Assembly: GCF_001194135.2 (NCBI RefSeq)
Contig: NC_068981.1
Coordinates: 61,272,358-61,336,357 of the forward strand
DNA length: 64,000 nucleotides
Direction: 5' to 3'
Source of the DNA: Octopus bimaculoides
Taxonomy: Eukaryota
The notes beneath the pieces were generated by a model. The model worked only from the letters and a program-made list of their open reading frames with translations, made no database searches and was not told the origin of the DNA. This document shows, one piece after another, positions 13,335 through 27,018 of the stretch. The position numbers were made by a program, and so were the translations under genes. Position 1 is the first letter of the stretch, and each line of letters starts with the position of its first letter.

Positions 13335-13998
13335 GAAAGCATTTTTTTTTTATTCGTGATCTCTGACAACTATATCTGGTCTATTTGCCTTAATTTCTCT
13401 ATCCGTGTGTATTGATATATCCCAGATTATGGTTGCTTTTTCATTCTCTGTGACGTTTTCTGGCGTGCTCCTATACCATCTTTTTTCTGTTGTTATTCCA
13501 TAGTGTTGGCATAGCTTCCAGTGTATGTAGGTCCCAGCTCTGTCGTGCCTGTGAATATATTCCTTCTTAGCCAGGCCTGGGCAGCCAGAGATAATATCAT
13601 TTTTTTGTTTCTTGTCCATCGCCACATATTCTGCAGTTACTTGTTAGGTTTCTTTTCATTATATGTTTTTGGTAATTTCTGGTGGGGAGGCTTTGGTCTT
13701 GTGCAGCAATTAAAAATCCTTCAGTCTCTGCTTTGAGACCTGAGCTTCTCAATCATTGCTGGGATTTTTCTCTGTCTATTTCTTTTGCATTCAGTTTAGC
13801 CCAGTATTTGCCATGGAGGGGCTTTTCTTGCCATCGTTTTATCATGGCCCATTGCTGTTCTAGTTTTAGTTTGGATTTCATTTGTTTTATAGCTTTTCTT
13901 TCTTTCTTTCTTTCTTCTTCTTCTTCTTCTTCTTCTTCTTCTTCTTCTTCTTCTTCTTCTTCTTCTTCTTCTTCTTCTTCTTCTTCTTCTTCTTCTTC

Positions 13999-14031
<33 letters not shown>

Positions 14032-14035
14032 GTCG

Positions 14036-14072
<37 letters not shown>

Positions 14073-14200
14073 CCTCCTCTCCATCATATTCATCATATTC
14101 ATCATTATAAACATCAGCATCAGAATAGCCATTATTAAAAACGTGTATCAACTTCCTTTCGATATTTTCTAGGTCACTAATACTATTTAACCTGCCCGGC
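13335..14200 (-). mobile_element. R4/Dong-clade LINE internal fragment with an in-frame acidic triplet tract
   Basis: ORF 13753-14151 reads poly-D/E then KAIKQMKSKLKLEQQWAMIKRWQEKPLHGKYW. ORF 13350-13625 reads HIISGCPGLAKKEYIHRHD-like text (NDIISGCPGLAKKEYIHRHD)..WDISIHTDREIKANRPDIVV. Confidence 0.9.
13905..14090. repeat. (TTC)n plus (TCA)n microsatellite inside the LINE ORF
   Basis: About 30 TTC units followed by about 25 TCA-type units. Confidence 0.95.
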
Positions 14201-16049
14201 CTTTTAGTTTTCAGTTAGATTCTAATGAGATTTTCCTTATATCACATTATATTTGATGTTATTGTCATGTCGATAATGGTATTTTATTCAGCATATGGCC
14301 CCCAGGTTTTGCAGAATACAATTACCTTACATAATGTGGAAGTTGAAATCACCAATGCGGAAAATTGATGATCGTAGATATTGTTTAGTTATAATGATCC
14401 AGAAAAAAATACACATATTTTAAATATTAAGTGAAGGCTATTCACCATTCAAATTTTGTTCCATGAAACATATCATTTCCTGGATGTAATGTATTTTGGT
14501 TCAAAGCCAACGCTATTATATTAGATTTCATAAAACGAAGTATATAACTACATAATTATTTTGTGGATACCATTTCGTTAAATTAAAATGGAACAAATTA
14601 CAACATAATAACTGTGGAAGCTAAATGCCACAAAGGGAATTTCAAAAATTAAAATTATCGTCAAATATATTAAATGCCGTGGTATATTTTGAAATACAAC
14701 AAAATATTTCAAATTTCATCCTTGTTTGGAGAAAGTAAACAAAGACGTAGTGATAATTCTTTGTTACTTTCACAGGTGAAGGGAGCGAAATCTAAGAAAT
14801 TAAGATTTGACCCTTCAAGCTTAAGTTAGAGTGTATCGGAACTCTAACTCAGCGTATAACTGTTAGATCCTAAGTCAAAATTCTAATCTGTGTCAGGGAA
14901 CAAATCATGATTTCACCTATTAAATCTCATCACCATTGCATTTTCTGTTTAATTAATTAAAAAAAAAAAAAACATTTTAGTGTGCAGATATAAATCAATT
15001 ATGCGATTGTTGTTTAAATCTAATTTCAGTATTTATAGGTGTGCACACATTTAGTTAAATATACACATCCACTCACACACGCATTGGCACATAATATATT
15101 AGGCAACTATGTATATCTTCTCTGAATGAACACTTCGTTACAATGTGTCGTTGATTTCATGAGGATTGAGAACTGATATTAAATTTCCACTAGCAGTTGT
15201 GAAGCAGAGACTGGTTAACCCACTAATATTTTACATTAGATTTTGTACTTCATACCGAATTATCATCCGAATACAATCGATACAATTAAAAAGCGTTCTG
15301 TATTTCTTTAAAACCTTATTTGGTATTAGATTATATGGTAATGATAAACCTAACTATAGGGGCAACTTTCTTCTCTCGTTTATTACTGTTCTTTTTTTTT
15401 ATCTTATGTTAATTGTCCGCAGATCTTTCGTCACACACCTTTAACCTCTTCAATGACCCTTTCCATCCACGTGTATCCTCCAGCTCCTCTTAGTCTATTC
15501 TGTCCTTCTATGATGTGTATTCTTATATGTGCATGCGTTTGAGTCTGTATCTGTGTGTTTGATTGTGCATGTGTGCGTGCGTGCGCGTGCGTGTATGCGT
15601 GTCTATGTGTTTCGCATGTGTGCTTATGTGTGTGTAAATTGGTGTTACCGTTATCGTCGTCATTACAATGGTACCTTGACACACCCCTGACCTATCTTTT
15701 CTCTTTTGTTGTTCTTGCTATTCTTGACCCTTTTGTTATTATTCTTTTATATTTCTGTGTCTGTGTGTTCGTTCATGCTGTTGTCTTCGTGGTTCTTGTT
15801 GTTGTTGCTGTTGCAGCCGTTTGTTAACTTACTGTATGTGTGCATGTGTGTGTATACAGGTTTACTTACTATGCCGTTTGTAACCGTGCCCTTTGTATAG
15901 TTTTTGTTTCTTATATTTATCATAGATATGTGCACGTCATTTGTGTGTGTATTACAACGTTTCTATCTCTGTTATTTTTTCCTTTTCCTCCCTTCAGTCG
16001 TTAGTCATCGTGTTGCGTGGTGTAGCGGTCGGGGTGTTATTCTTGCATT

Positions 16050-16300
16050 CGTATTTTATGTTGAGGCTCGGTCTGTGTGTGTGGCCTCTCTAATCTGTCT
16101 AAGTGTCGTGTCAGTTCTATGCGTTGATAATATCTTATAACCTCTGTGCTATTAACCGAGCCTCTATGTTCTACTTGAGTATGTTGTTAGAGCACTGAGG
16201 TGCGCCTCTGCTCCTTGAGCTTCCGCAGTGTGCACTTGTTCGCTCCCCTATGCTGTGTGCCATATCCCCAATGTAAGTTGTTGTCTTGTTTCTGTTAACA
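16050..16300 (-). mobile_element. Penelope-like GIY-YIG endonuclease 3' remnant
   Basis: TYIGDMAHSIGERTSAH (YIG..R...H), then after a frameshift SVL*QHTQVEH..EVI. The sequence toward 15430 may be its 3' non-coding part. Confidence 0.55.
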
Positions 16301-19300
16301 AAGTGACATTAAAAATTATTTTTGACCTTTAATTCTAGCAAGGTAACTTATTGTAAATCGTGAGGGATAAACAATTGCTTTGTTAGTTATATGTACTAAC
16401 CATTTACAACATCTGCAATGTGGCATAAACGTGGACCAGGCAGGATTATAACCAGTAACATAATTATAAATCTCATAGTAATCTATTTGTTATAATTTAT
16501 TGTGGCACGCCATATTACTTAAATTTCAACACGATGCGAAGCTATAGTCCTACTGATAACTGATATGAAATACAATTGGAACAAAGTAGACATATATTGG
16601 AAACTGGTATACACGTTACTAAATCATATACATTTCTGCATAAGTAATTCGTTTCTTGTTGCAGGGAAGGCAAATAAGTTTCAGCATTGGTGGAAATAGA
16701 TCACATAATTTGGCTGAAGAAATTTTTCTTTGCTTTCTATCAAATATGCCACGTTTTGTGTTTTTATCAGTTGTAAAGCAACAGTAATTTCAATGTATAA
16801 TAATATAAACAGATATTCGAAAGTATTTATGCTTGTATTTCTTGTAATTCTATTTATTATGCGAAAGAAAGCACCAATTAAAGAGCGACAGCACTTTGAT
16901 CTTGGATGTTTATATTCTAAAAGTAAAATTACTCATATTTACATTTTAATAGCGTTCTTATTTATTCACTTTCTATTTAAAAACCATCTTAATATCTCAT
17001 ATTGAAGCCATTTCTCCTTTTCATATCTTATATTATGTAAAATGTAAATGTTCGTTTAAAAAAAAAAAAACTCACTTTAGAATGAAATCATTATATTTCG
17101 TTCTTCATAGATTAATTATGATATAAATAAACAACCATCAAATATCGAAAGAGAAATAGCCTAGTTGTCGAAATATAATGATGCGACATTGTAAAATCGA
17201 TACATATTTTTGTTAGAATTAACATGGAAAAGAGTGTTTAGGCATTAATAGCAAAACATGTGCAGGAAAAGAAAAGGTAACGTATTTTACCAAGTAAAGT
17301 AGACAACACAAACTGAAAGGATATTACAAAAAAAGCTGCTCGGAAATGATGTGTGTAATCTAATTCGAAGATCACTACTGTACCGTATTAGATGAGGATA
17401 AGAATTTTGTGTATTAAGGTAAAACCAAAAAGACTAAAATGAAGGCAATATCGGTGTAATTGTCTTGTGTCAACCTACAGTATTTCGAATTATAACCAGA
17501 GTATAAAATTGATGTGATTATTGTAAACGTACGCAGTGACATATACATGCAGACACTGAGATCACAAAACTTCTTATATACATAATCATAGTCCCAATCA
17601 TAAACATACACACATACGCACTAACGTACATATGAGGAGAATGGTATACAGAGAGAGAAGGAAAGACAGAGAGACAGAAACAAATATATTGATAGATAAA
17701 TAAAAATATTTTACATTTCCATCTACACAAAAGCATATGCAAAGGAAGAGAATGTACGATGTAATTAAGACTAAAGTAAAACTCCAGAATCTTAAGAAAG
17801 AATGTATTTTAAGATCATTTGTTGGTGTAGATATGTTTGTGTATATGAAGATAGCGAGAACAGCAGAGCGTTTCTTTGTATGTAACAACTTTCCAGATTT
17901 GGTGGATTCGTGTAAAATGAATTGTTGTTTGCTGAGTAGGTAACCTAATTTCATCAGATCACAATGGTACCGAGTTTCATCCACTGGTTCTCGTATCGTA
18001 TTTTCTGTTTGAGCAACACATAATGTGTAGATCGCGGACAAATTATCACCGATAGAAACCTAAAGCAATAATGATTTTCAGCTAATTGTGCTATAAATTT
18101 GTAAAACGTACCCAATATTCTCATGTTAAGAAGAAATAAAATCACTTCAGAGACAAATTACTGAGAAATTTGTAGCATATTATAGCAAGTTTAGTATAGC
18201 CGTTTGACGAGAAATGCTCTCAACAGATTAATTAGTATTCACAGCAGTTTGAACTGAGCGAATTTTCACTTTCATTTAAAGACATTTTTAAAACATATTT
18301 ATTTTGCAAAAAAGAAGGCAGATATTATTGACCAAACATATAAATGTACATTTTGTTTGTTTTGTGTTGAATTAGTGTGAGTGATGTCAAGAAATCTATC
18401 CGCGAAACAATTATCTTAATTAAATCCAATCCTAAGCACTGATGTTGTCTGTGAAATATATGTGGTTTTTATTTGTTGAATGACACTTCATAAAAATCAT
18501 TTCCTCAAGAGAATGGGTCGCAGAATGCATACTATCCAGAGCAAGATGCGTTTAAATTTGTGTTATTCGAAATCGGTGCGTATGATTGGGACGTAAATCT
18601 TTGTTTTAAGTGTCCATCTATTGCACAAATCACTACCTCAATTTTTCTCTGATGATAAAATTTTAATTTATTAGCAGATATAAAAAACGTGATTATATGG
18701 AATGGAATAGAGAAAGCTATCGTGATTAAGCATCAGGATTGATAACCACGAATTTCCTTTACGATATACCTCTCTGATGAAAAGGAAAAAAACTAAATAA
18801 TTACAGGATTTTGTAAACATTGAAAATATCGTCTATCAAAACCATTCTTCTTACTTTGTGATGGCCCGTAATGTCTGTAAAAACAGAACAAAAAATGTAT
18901 GCTTTGATAATGTGAAAGAATAAAGTAGTGTTAAAAAGTTTGACGAATGTTTATATATTTAAATTTAACCTCACTCATTATATATTAAAATAAAAACTTT
19001 GAATTAATTTGTGTTTGTTAAACATTGTCCATTGTCTATATCTTTTTGCCTATTTTAATTTCATTCGGTTGTTATCATTATATTTCGGTTAAATAACATT
19101 CTGGTTATACACGATAAGTTAGTCATGAATCCATATGTTTCTCTCATACGCTATGTGTGTGCATGTACGAACGTGTGTGCATGTGTATACTATCGATTCT
19201 CGGGTATTTTGTTGCAAGGACACCGTGAATTAATGAGGATGTTTGAATAGGCATTCTGAGCTATGACTAAACGAATTAGCTTCTTCGTATACTGTCATCG

Positions 19301-20919
19301 AAGCATGATGAGTTCAGTTCAACTTCAAACTTCCTTTTGAAAGATATTGAAGATCATTGCGAAAAGGAATTTCATATGAAATTGAAATATTTCAAGTATA
19401 TTTTGCGCACTATTTGGCTTCCGGGTGGTTTAGGAACAAAACAGCAGCCTTCAGCATATTTTCCTACTTATTCTGACAAAGTGAAAAGGAGACATCATGG
19501 TTTAATTTTTTATTGTATTGTGTCGTTAGAAAGATTGGAATAATCTACGCAACAATTTTCAGAATCAAATCTCCAAGTATAAATTGGATTGCCTGGAGGT
19601 GTTTCTGCATGTTCGATAATATTGGATGCACAATTTACAAAATTATCTTGTAAAGTGATGGTGTCTGTTGAATTATAGCATCATTATCTCGGGTATGTTG
19701 TTCAGTAATCTTCGTACGCTTTATCGCAGAAATTCATTTTAAGAAATCCATATCTCACTTTGTATGTCTGGGTAAAAATCTCGCCGTTTTACCATATTTA
19801 GAAGTGAACCTCACTTGCATATTCAATGAGTTGTCAAGTGTGCGAAGAGATATAAGAGATTTCTATATATATGGAACTGAGCAGTTTGAATTTCTGGAAA
19901 TATTTCAAGTAGAGTTTGTCGAAAATCACCTTTAACATCAATTGTAAAATCTCATATTGTATGCGTGTTGTCTGAAATGTGCTTTGACCACTTGAAACAT
20001 TCATTTGCACATGTGTAGATCCTACTTGCTTCATTCCTCTTGCTATTTATTGGCGTCGTTTTCTTTGTATATAGACTGTTCATATCATATCAGGTCTACG
20101 TGCAGCTTATATTTGCAGTACATAGTTCTTTAATCATCTGTAATCGCGCATGAGGTACACCTAATAACAAACAACTGTCGTGACAAATAGTTTCCATCAT
20201 CTATTACCTTGTACATAATGAAAACCCTATACTTCTTGTCTTGTTTTGAACACCCTCTCTGCTCAACATACCAACAGGCACGAACAAGCATTGTAGGAAA
20301 TGTTTTTTCTAAAAGTAAACAAATCATTCCATTAACTGTCCCAAGGAAAATGAAATCTAAACACGGAATGAAATCTATTAAATGAAATCTATTAAATTCA
20401 AATAGTAGGCATACAGGAAAACGCAATTATTGCAACCAGATAATACTTATGCAAGCAAACATCAAAATAATTGTAAATTAAATGATATTCATTGACAAAT
20501 TACTGAACCAGTCGGGAAAACAAGTCAATGTTTTGCGTGATTTTTATTTCTCTAGCTGCTATTTACTTTGCATGAAAGTAATTCACCATAGTATAACTTC
20601 CACATCTAACAGTGTATATAAATTGTAAAAATCATCTTTATAGTGATAACAAATATAATAAGCCTTAAGATTTATGATGTGCCTCTCGAAATGAAACGGA
20701 ATTTTTTGGATAGCACAGCACATATTGAAAGTACTGAGAGAATCTAGGTGTTATGTTGGATTCGTAAACGGATTTCTTTTTGTTCCACTGAGAGATACAT
20801 TACAGAAATGCCAACAATTGCATACTCCGAATTTGCCAAAGTACTTTAAGATTCCTGATACAGTTGAACACACATAAAAAATGCTTGTGCTATATATGGG
20901 ACGGAAACGATAATCTTTA

Positions 20920-21140
20920 CTGTACACTGGATTTGGCAGACGGAAACTAAAACATGCGTTGTATGTACAAATACACACAGAAACGTGCATACACACATGC
21001 ATAATTACAAACACACACACACACATCTATGTGTGTGTATATTTGTCCCAAGCTATAGCCTGACACCTGCTGTTGATTTATCTATGTCCCGTAACCTAGC
21101 GATTCGGCTAGATAGAAGGTTAAAACAAGTATTAACATGT
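20920..21140 (+). mobile_element. Decayed 5'-truncated SINE, same family as 50544-51013
   Basis: tggatttggcagacggaaactaaaa, internal (CA)n, then tttgtccc..tatgtcccgtaacctagcgattcggc, matching the 50.5-kb copy. Confidence 0.6.
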
Positions 21141-21195
21141 ACGTGTTTTTGTAACCCTCTCCATTTTATTTGTGATTAAATCATAAATATACACA

Positions 21196-21237
<42 letters not shown>

Positions 21238-21670
21238 TAAAATTATCTATCAAGCATTACAGTCTTTGGTTATTGCATATTTTCATGAAAAACTAATGCT
21301 CACTGATAACATATATAGAAAAAAGTGAAACTTTAATAATAATAGTGAACTGTGCCATACTTATAGCTAATTTACTTTTGATAATTTCGTCATTTAAATT
21401 TAATCTCACTTCAGTGTGAATCATCTACACTGTCTTCCACATTTGGAATGATTTCAGATAAAGGAAAAGCCCCAATTGTATTGCAATATTTAACTATCTT
21501 CAATACATTTTCCTCCGAAACTATTAAAGTTAGTTTAACATAGAATCTAATTTTATGCATTTGCTTCATTGGCTGAGATGAAACAGTATTGCTTATCGCT
21601 TGGTATTCAATTTATTGTAACATAGAATCTAATTCGAAGCGTTTGCTTCATTGACGCAGCTCGATTAGCA

Positions 21671-22936
21671 TCAGGTCATCCCATAAGTTCTGTCCGATTG
21701 TACCTTTTTAAAATTGAATGAAATTTTATAGTATTATAGAATGTCTAATGGAATTAAAATTTATTTTAATACATTTGTGTACATTTAAAATAATTAAATA
21801 TTGTTTTACAGAATAATAGAATTAAAATTGCTTTGATTCAAACCCTTTCTAACATGGAAGTATCCAAAGTACATTTGATGAATATAATGCTTTATGAGTA
21901 CAAAAAAGGTAATTCTGCAGCCGAAGCGACGCGAAACATATACTCAGTTTATGGGAAAGAATGCTTGAATGAAAGAACTTGTAGAAGATGGTTTGGAAAA
22001 TTCAGAAGTGGAGATTTCAGTCTTGAAGATGAAGATCGAACAGGACGTTCAGCTTAGTTTGATGATAAGCTCCTTGAGGCATTACTTGAAGAAAATCTTA
22101 CATTATCAGTTGAAGAATTGGCAATAAAGTTTAGTTCAAGCCATACAACTGTTCATCGTCATCTTCAACAACTTGAAAAGGATCCTAAACTTGGAAAATG
22201 GGTGTCTCATGAATTTTCCTAAAGCAACTGCAAATCCTGTGTTGACATCTGCTCTTCTCTCCATTCTCACGAAATGATTTCACCATTTTTGGATTGACTT
22301 CTGACTGGTAACGAAAAACGGATCTTCTATCGAAATGTTAAGCGTCGTAAACAGTGGCTTGGTAAAAAGGAAAAAAGCTCAACAACAACCGAGAAAAAAG
22401 TTTCTTCTCTCTATCTGGATTGCAAAGAATGAGTAATTCACTTTGAATTGTTACCACCTAATGCAGCAATCAATGCACGAGTCAACTGTCAGCAATTAGA
22501 GCGTTTGAACCAAACTTTGAAGAACAAAATACGTGCTTTAGTGAATCGAAAAGAAGTGATTCAGGACAATGCTCGACCCGACACTGAAGGATCACATCAC
22601 AGAAAATCGAAGAGCTTGTTTGGGAAAAAATTTCTCATCCGCCTTATTCTTCCGACCTTGCTCCTTCAGATGACCATTTGTTTCATCGTTTCCAGAATTA
22701 TTTGGGGGACATAACTTTCGCAGGCCAGGAAGAGGTTGAAGCTGACATTTCAGTGTTCTTCGCTTTGAAACCGAAAGAGTTTTACATTGATTGGACTAAA
22801 AAGCTTCTAAATAGATGGAAGGAAGTCATAGATAATCAAGGAAAGTACATTGATGATTAAATTTTAAATAAAATTGAACATTTGATCACTTGTTTTCTTT
22901 ATTCGAAATTCGGACAGAACTTATGGGATGGCCTGA
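21671..22936 (+). mobile_element. Full-length mariner (D,D34D) DNA transposon, 1266 bp, non-autonomous through decay
   Basis: 27-bp TIRs with one mismatch: TCAGGTCATCCCATAAGTTCTGTCCGA (21671-21697) and TCGGACAGAACTTATGGGATGGCCTGA (22910-22936). Right flank is TA; left flank is CA (mutated TA). Confidence 0.95.
21854..22860 (+). pseudogene. Mariner transposase pseudogene
   Basis: MEVSKVHL..RTCRRWFGKFRSGDFSLEDEDRTGR, GKWVSHEF (WVPHEL), LTGNEK, QDNARP, SDLAPSDDHLF and VIDNQGKYIDD*. Several in-frame stops and frameshifts. Confidence 0.93.
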
Positions 22937-23699
22937 TAGCTACGTGGAACACATGAAGCTACTTAAAAGGACTTTTTTCATGAAAGAAATTACTACACAT
23001 TACATGATTTTCTGTTTTGATAATGTAGTGAAAGGAGGTATTAATACCTTTTAACATAATGCTGCTTAACTTATTTATTTCGCGACGAGAGGAAAAAAAA
23101 TTGAAATTAAATTTGATATCATTCCTCATTTACCAATTGAAAGCAATAATCAAAGCGTCTTAGAAATACGCACATGATCCTGTTGTAAACCTCGTATGAA
23201 ATGAATGAAGTAGTCTATATTAAAAGCCACCTGATTTAATGTACAATAACAGGAAATAGAATTTTACATACAACTTACATATTATAAGGCATGCAATTAC
23301 GTAGCGTTATGAAATGCAGTACACACGCGGACAGCCTCTTCCCTAACATCTATAACAAAATGGTATAATTTTATTCAGAAATGCTATCCAATATCTTCGA
23401 AAGTATCATGCTACAAACCGGCTTTTAGAATTCAAAGTTACATCATAATATTGCTGTCGGGACAAGATTTAAGATTTTCAAAAATTTGTATATGCAAATT
23501 ATGCTATTTGTATTTGTTATTAGGAAAAGAATAGTTTTAATATTTTCTAATAGGAGGGAAAACCAGTATTATCTTCTTAAAACTGAAGTTGAACATCTCA
23601 TGAATAAATAAAATTATGCAAAAGAGAACATTCTGAATTCTGAATCAATCAGAAATAAATTTTATCATTTGTATGTTCATTGAATTTTGATTCTACAAA

Positions 23700-24125
23700 G
23701 TGAATAACATTTCAAAGTTCAGTGAGAAGCTAATGGAAATTTACAAAATATCCCCGGTCAGAGATAGATGAGAACCATTTGGATAGGATCCGAAATCAAT
23801 TTACAGTTGAAACAAAGCTTAGAAAACATCTGCCATTAAAAGATCAGGCTTAATATGCAGAAGTTTCAAGTTATTCAGCAGTAAGGCTTCAATTTCCTAA
23901 GAAAACATTAAACGTATTTTGGATTGACATTCATGCTGAAATTCCAATATTTTTCCACTTAAAACTTGAAACTTTTTGTCGCAACGTATTTGTGCGATTC
24001 AGTATTTTACTTGTTAAGCGGAATTAAAACGAACGAAATTCGTCTATTGGAAGTGCCTTGAAGCCAGTATTTAAAATATTAAAATATAAAGTCTCTTTCG
24101 CAAAAGAAGCAAGCGTATTCTAATA
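23700..24125 (+). mobile_element. hAT (Charlie/Buster-like) transposase C-terminal remnant
   Basis: IRNQF..YAEVSS..LQFPKKTLNVFWIDIHAEIP..ATYLCDSVF..IKTNEIRL..KKQA, resembling the hAT dimerisation domain. Confidence 0.65.
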
Positions 24126-25409
24126 TTTAAAACTTGAAAAATGCAAGTTTTAATTCTTTTTAAAAACAAAATGCGTACATTTTTGGTCTAACAGTAGAAA
24201 AGAATTTCCCAATTATTTTCTGTATGAATGTTAATCTTCAATTTACTTTGATTTTACTTCGAGAGAAAATTAGCTTACAATATGTCACTTTTTCTACTTG
24301 TGAGAAAACAATTATTTTACTTATACTATATATTAAGAGTTTTATTTAAATTTAGCTTATTCAAAATGAATTACTTTAATATTTATACATTTAAATTCTT
24401 GAGTGAAAATGAATACCATTATTATTTTAAAACTTTAAACTTACTTTTGCTAAATACACTTGAATAATCTTCTTTCATTCATCATGGCATATTTAAGGAA
24501 TGAAAAAGTAATGCACTTTATTTCACTATATAAAAAGTATTTGATACGAATTTAAAAGGTAGTAATATTTACCTGGCGCGTTCGAGTAAACAATTACAAG
24601 AAAATGAGAAATGTATTACAATGTGCATATATATCTATGCATACATACATACATGCATACACACTCTCATACACACACACACATACGATACAAATATATC
24701 TATATACATTCAACGGCGTTGGAGAGTATACAGATGAAAGCTTTAGTTGAGAAAATGTTAGCTGATATGGAGGAGGGGAAACCTTATCAAAATTGTAAAA
24801 GATTTCTAAAAGTGTTGCCTGTATCACGATGAGTCACCCCTGATATCAAAATCCAGATAATATGATTGCTGTTCACTGCTCTGCGAACACTGTAAATGTT
24901 GTAAGATTGAAAGCTCCTGCGGAGACAACGCAGTCGTGGCCAACAGGGAGCATGGTCTCTAGTATGTCTCCAGTGAGGATAACATCATGCGCCTACGTCT
25001 TCAAACAGTGACTTAGTCTCAATGTATACTGATATGTGCACCTGCTAGGTGTGTTTAAACCATTGCTGTTGTAATGCCATATGTATGGCAGCATGATTCA
25101 TCTCCTAGCTATACCTCCGGAATAACAGTTATTGGAGGTTGTCGAGAAAGTTAGTTCTAACATCTCTATTAGAGATGATCGAAGTAGTTGTACAAGCAAG
25201 TAGTGTTCTTAGCCACTTCAATATGGCTGTTCCGTTTGAGCAGAATTTAATCCCAAGCGGAAATCTATATAAATAAGTAGATAGACAGATAGATAGTTAC
25301 ATGCATACATATGCATATACATATTTATATGTGTATGTCTGTGTATATATATATGTATGTCTCTGTGTTGTATATTTCTGTCTGTGCTTGCGTATACATG
25401 TATTCAGTA

Positions 25410-25835
25410 TCATACTGGGCATGTAAGGTATTTGAGGACATACATTTTGAGGTTATTACTGCATTTTTGCGAAATCTGTATAATCTTTGTTTCAAAAAAT
25501 AATAATGGCAGAATCCTAAGCTTATTCAAGAAATGAAGAAGCATGCTGTTATTGTGGTTATAAAGGCTGAGCATAGCGATATAGAAATATGTCGATTTTT
25601 AAAAGTTGTCAGATCTCTCCTCTGCAAAGTTTGTAAGCTGCTAGAGAATGAAGATGGAAACGTATCACCAGTATCAAAGCATAAAAAGCATTGTAAACGC
25701 TCTGAAATAATCCGAACACCTGAATTTATCTAGCAAGTTCAACAGATCATTGATTAGAATATCAGATAGTCCATGAGGTCAATTGCAAAACATCTCCATG
25801 TATCAGATAGAACAGTCAAAAATATTGACTACGAA
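25410..25835 (+). mobile_element. maT/DD37D-like Tc1/mariner 5' fragment (N-terminal DNA-binding region)
   Basis: QEMKKHAVIVVIKAEHSDIEICRFLKVVRS..KHKKHCKRSEIIRTPEFI*QVQQII..SMRSIAKHLHVSDRTV. Truncated before the Neptune-like element. Confidence 0.75.
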
Positions 25836-25869
25836 GTGATGTGACAGCTGTAATTGTCAGGACGTCACT

Positions 25870-27018
25870 ACCACTATCCATTGAGGGAACAGATGTAAAA
25901 CAGGTTTTAAACAAAATGGGATATTAGTCCTTGATTTATCCTAAAAAATTATAATTTTATATTTAACAACGAATACTTCCGACAAAAATCAGGAACTGCA
26001 ATGGAAACACGGACTGTGCCTACTTTTGCGAACCTGGTAACGGGCTATCTCGAGATTAAACTATACCAGAGAACACTCAAGAAATATGGAAGCTCCTTTT
26101 CTACATACATACAAAACAGCTGGTAAAGATATCTGGATGACTGTTTCATCCTCTGGAATAAAAGTATAGAAAAGCTCAACGAATTCCAAACACTTCTAAA
26201 TGGAATAAACGAAAACCTCCAATTTACGATGGAATACAACAATCAACAACTACTGTTTTTATATATCCTCATAAAGAAAGTCCGAAACAAGATAGAGACA
26301 GACATTTATTATAAACCCACTGACTCGAAACAGTGCCCACCATTTGATTCTTGCCACCCGAGACACACCAGGACTAACATCCCATTTTGTTTAGCCAAAA
26401 GAATACATGTCCACACACAACCCACACAACAATGAGGCCTTCAACAACATACTCCACAGCAGAGCTCTACTCAAGAAAGACCCAAAAATGAACCAAATCC
26501 TCAAAACACATACAATCATCAAAAGTAAGAGGTAACCAAAATCAATGAAAAAAATTTTAACCCAGGCCAAATTACACTCAACAATAACCACTAAACCTAC
26601 AGTAAAAAAATGCAGGAGACCCAACTGTGGGATTTGTGTCAACGTAATGGAAGGATCAGAACATCGATTAGAACAAGGCCATAATTTCACAGTAAAAACT
26701 AATTTTACATGTGCATCGGAGAACTTGATCTACCTAATTACATTCTCTGGATACAAACGGCAATATATTAGACACACTAAAAACAGCCTACGTCAGAGGA
26801 TGGCGGTACACAGATCCCAAATTAGGATCCCAGGAAACAGGAAAATACCTCTCAGCCAGCACATCGACGAATGTGCTTACAACAAATTTCCCAAATTCAC
26901 AACGTTTCCTCTATACAAATTCAAAGAAAATGCTAGCCAAAATGAACGCATCAGCAAAGACATATTTTTTATAAGAAAATACCAACCAAGTCTAAATTCT
27001 CTAAACAAGCAACACTGA
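25870..27018 (+). mobile_element. Penelope-like element, Neptune-type (RT plus C-terminal GIY-YIG), 5'-truncated and decayed
   Basis: YFRQKSGTAMET..FANL..GYLE, W*RYLDDCF (YLDD at 26130-26141), TDIYYKPTDS..SCHPRH. ORF 26545-27018 has the linker CRRPNCGIC, FTCASENLIYLIT, QYIRHT..LRQRMAVH and YQPSLN. Confidence 0.9.

Noticed and set aside
14776-14830. Strong splice-acceptor-like sites (also at 4784, 16663 and 35118)
   Set aside because: Downstream frames are short or unrecognisable, and no consistent multi-exon gene could be built.
21537-21655. Diverged ~80-bp tandem duplication just left of the mariner
   Set aside because: Ordinary local duplication, not a target-site duplication (mariner duplicates TA).
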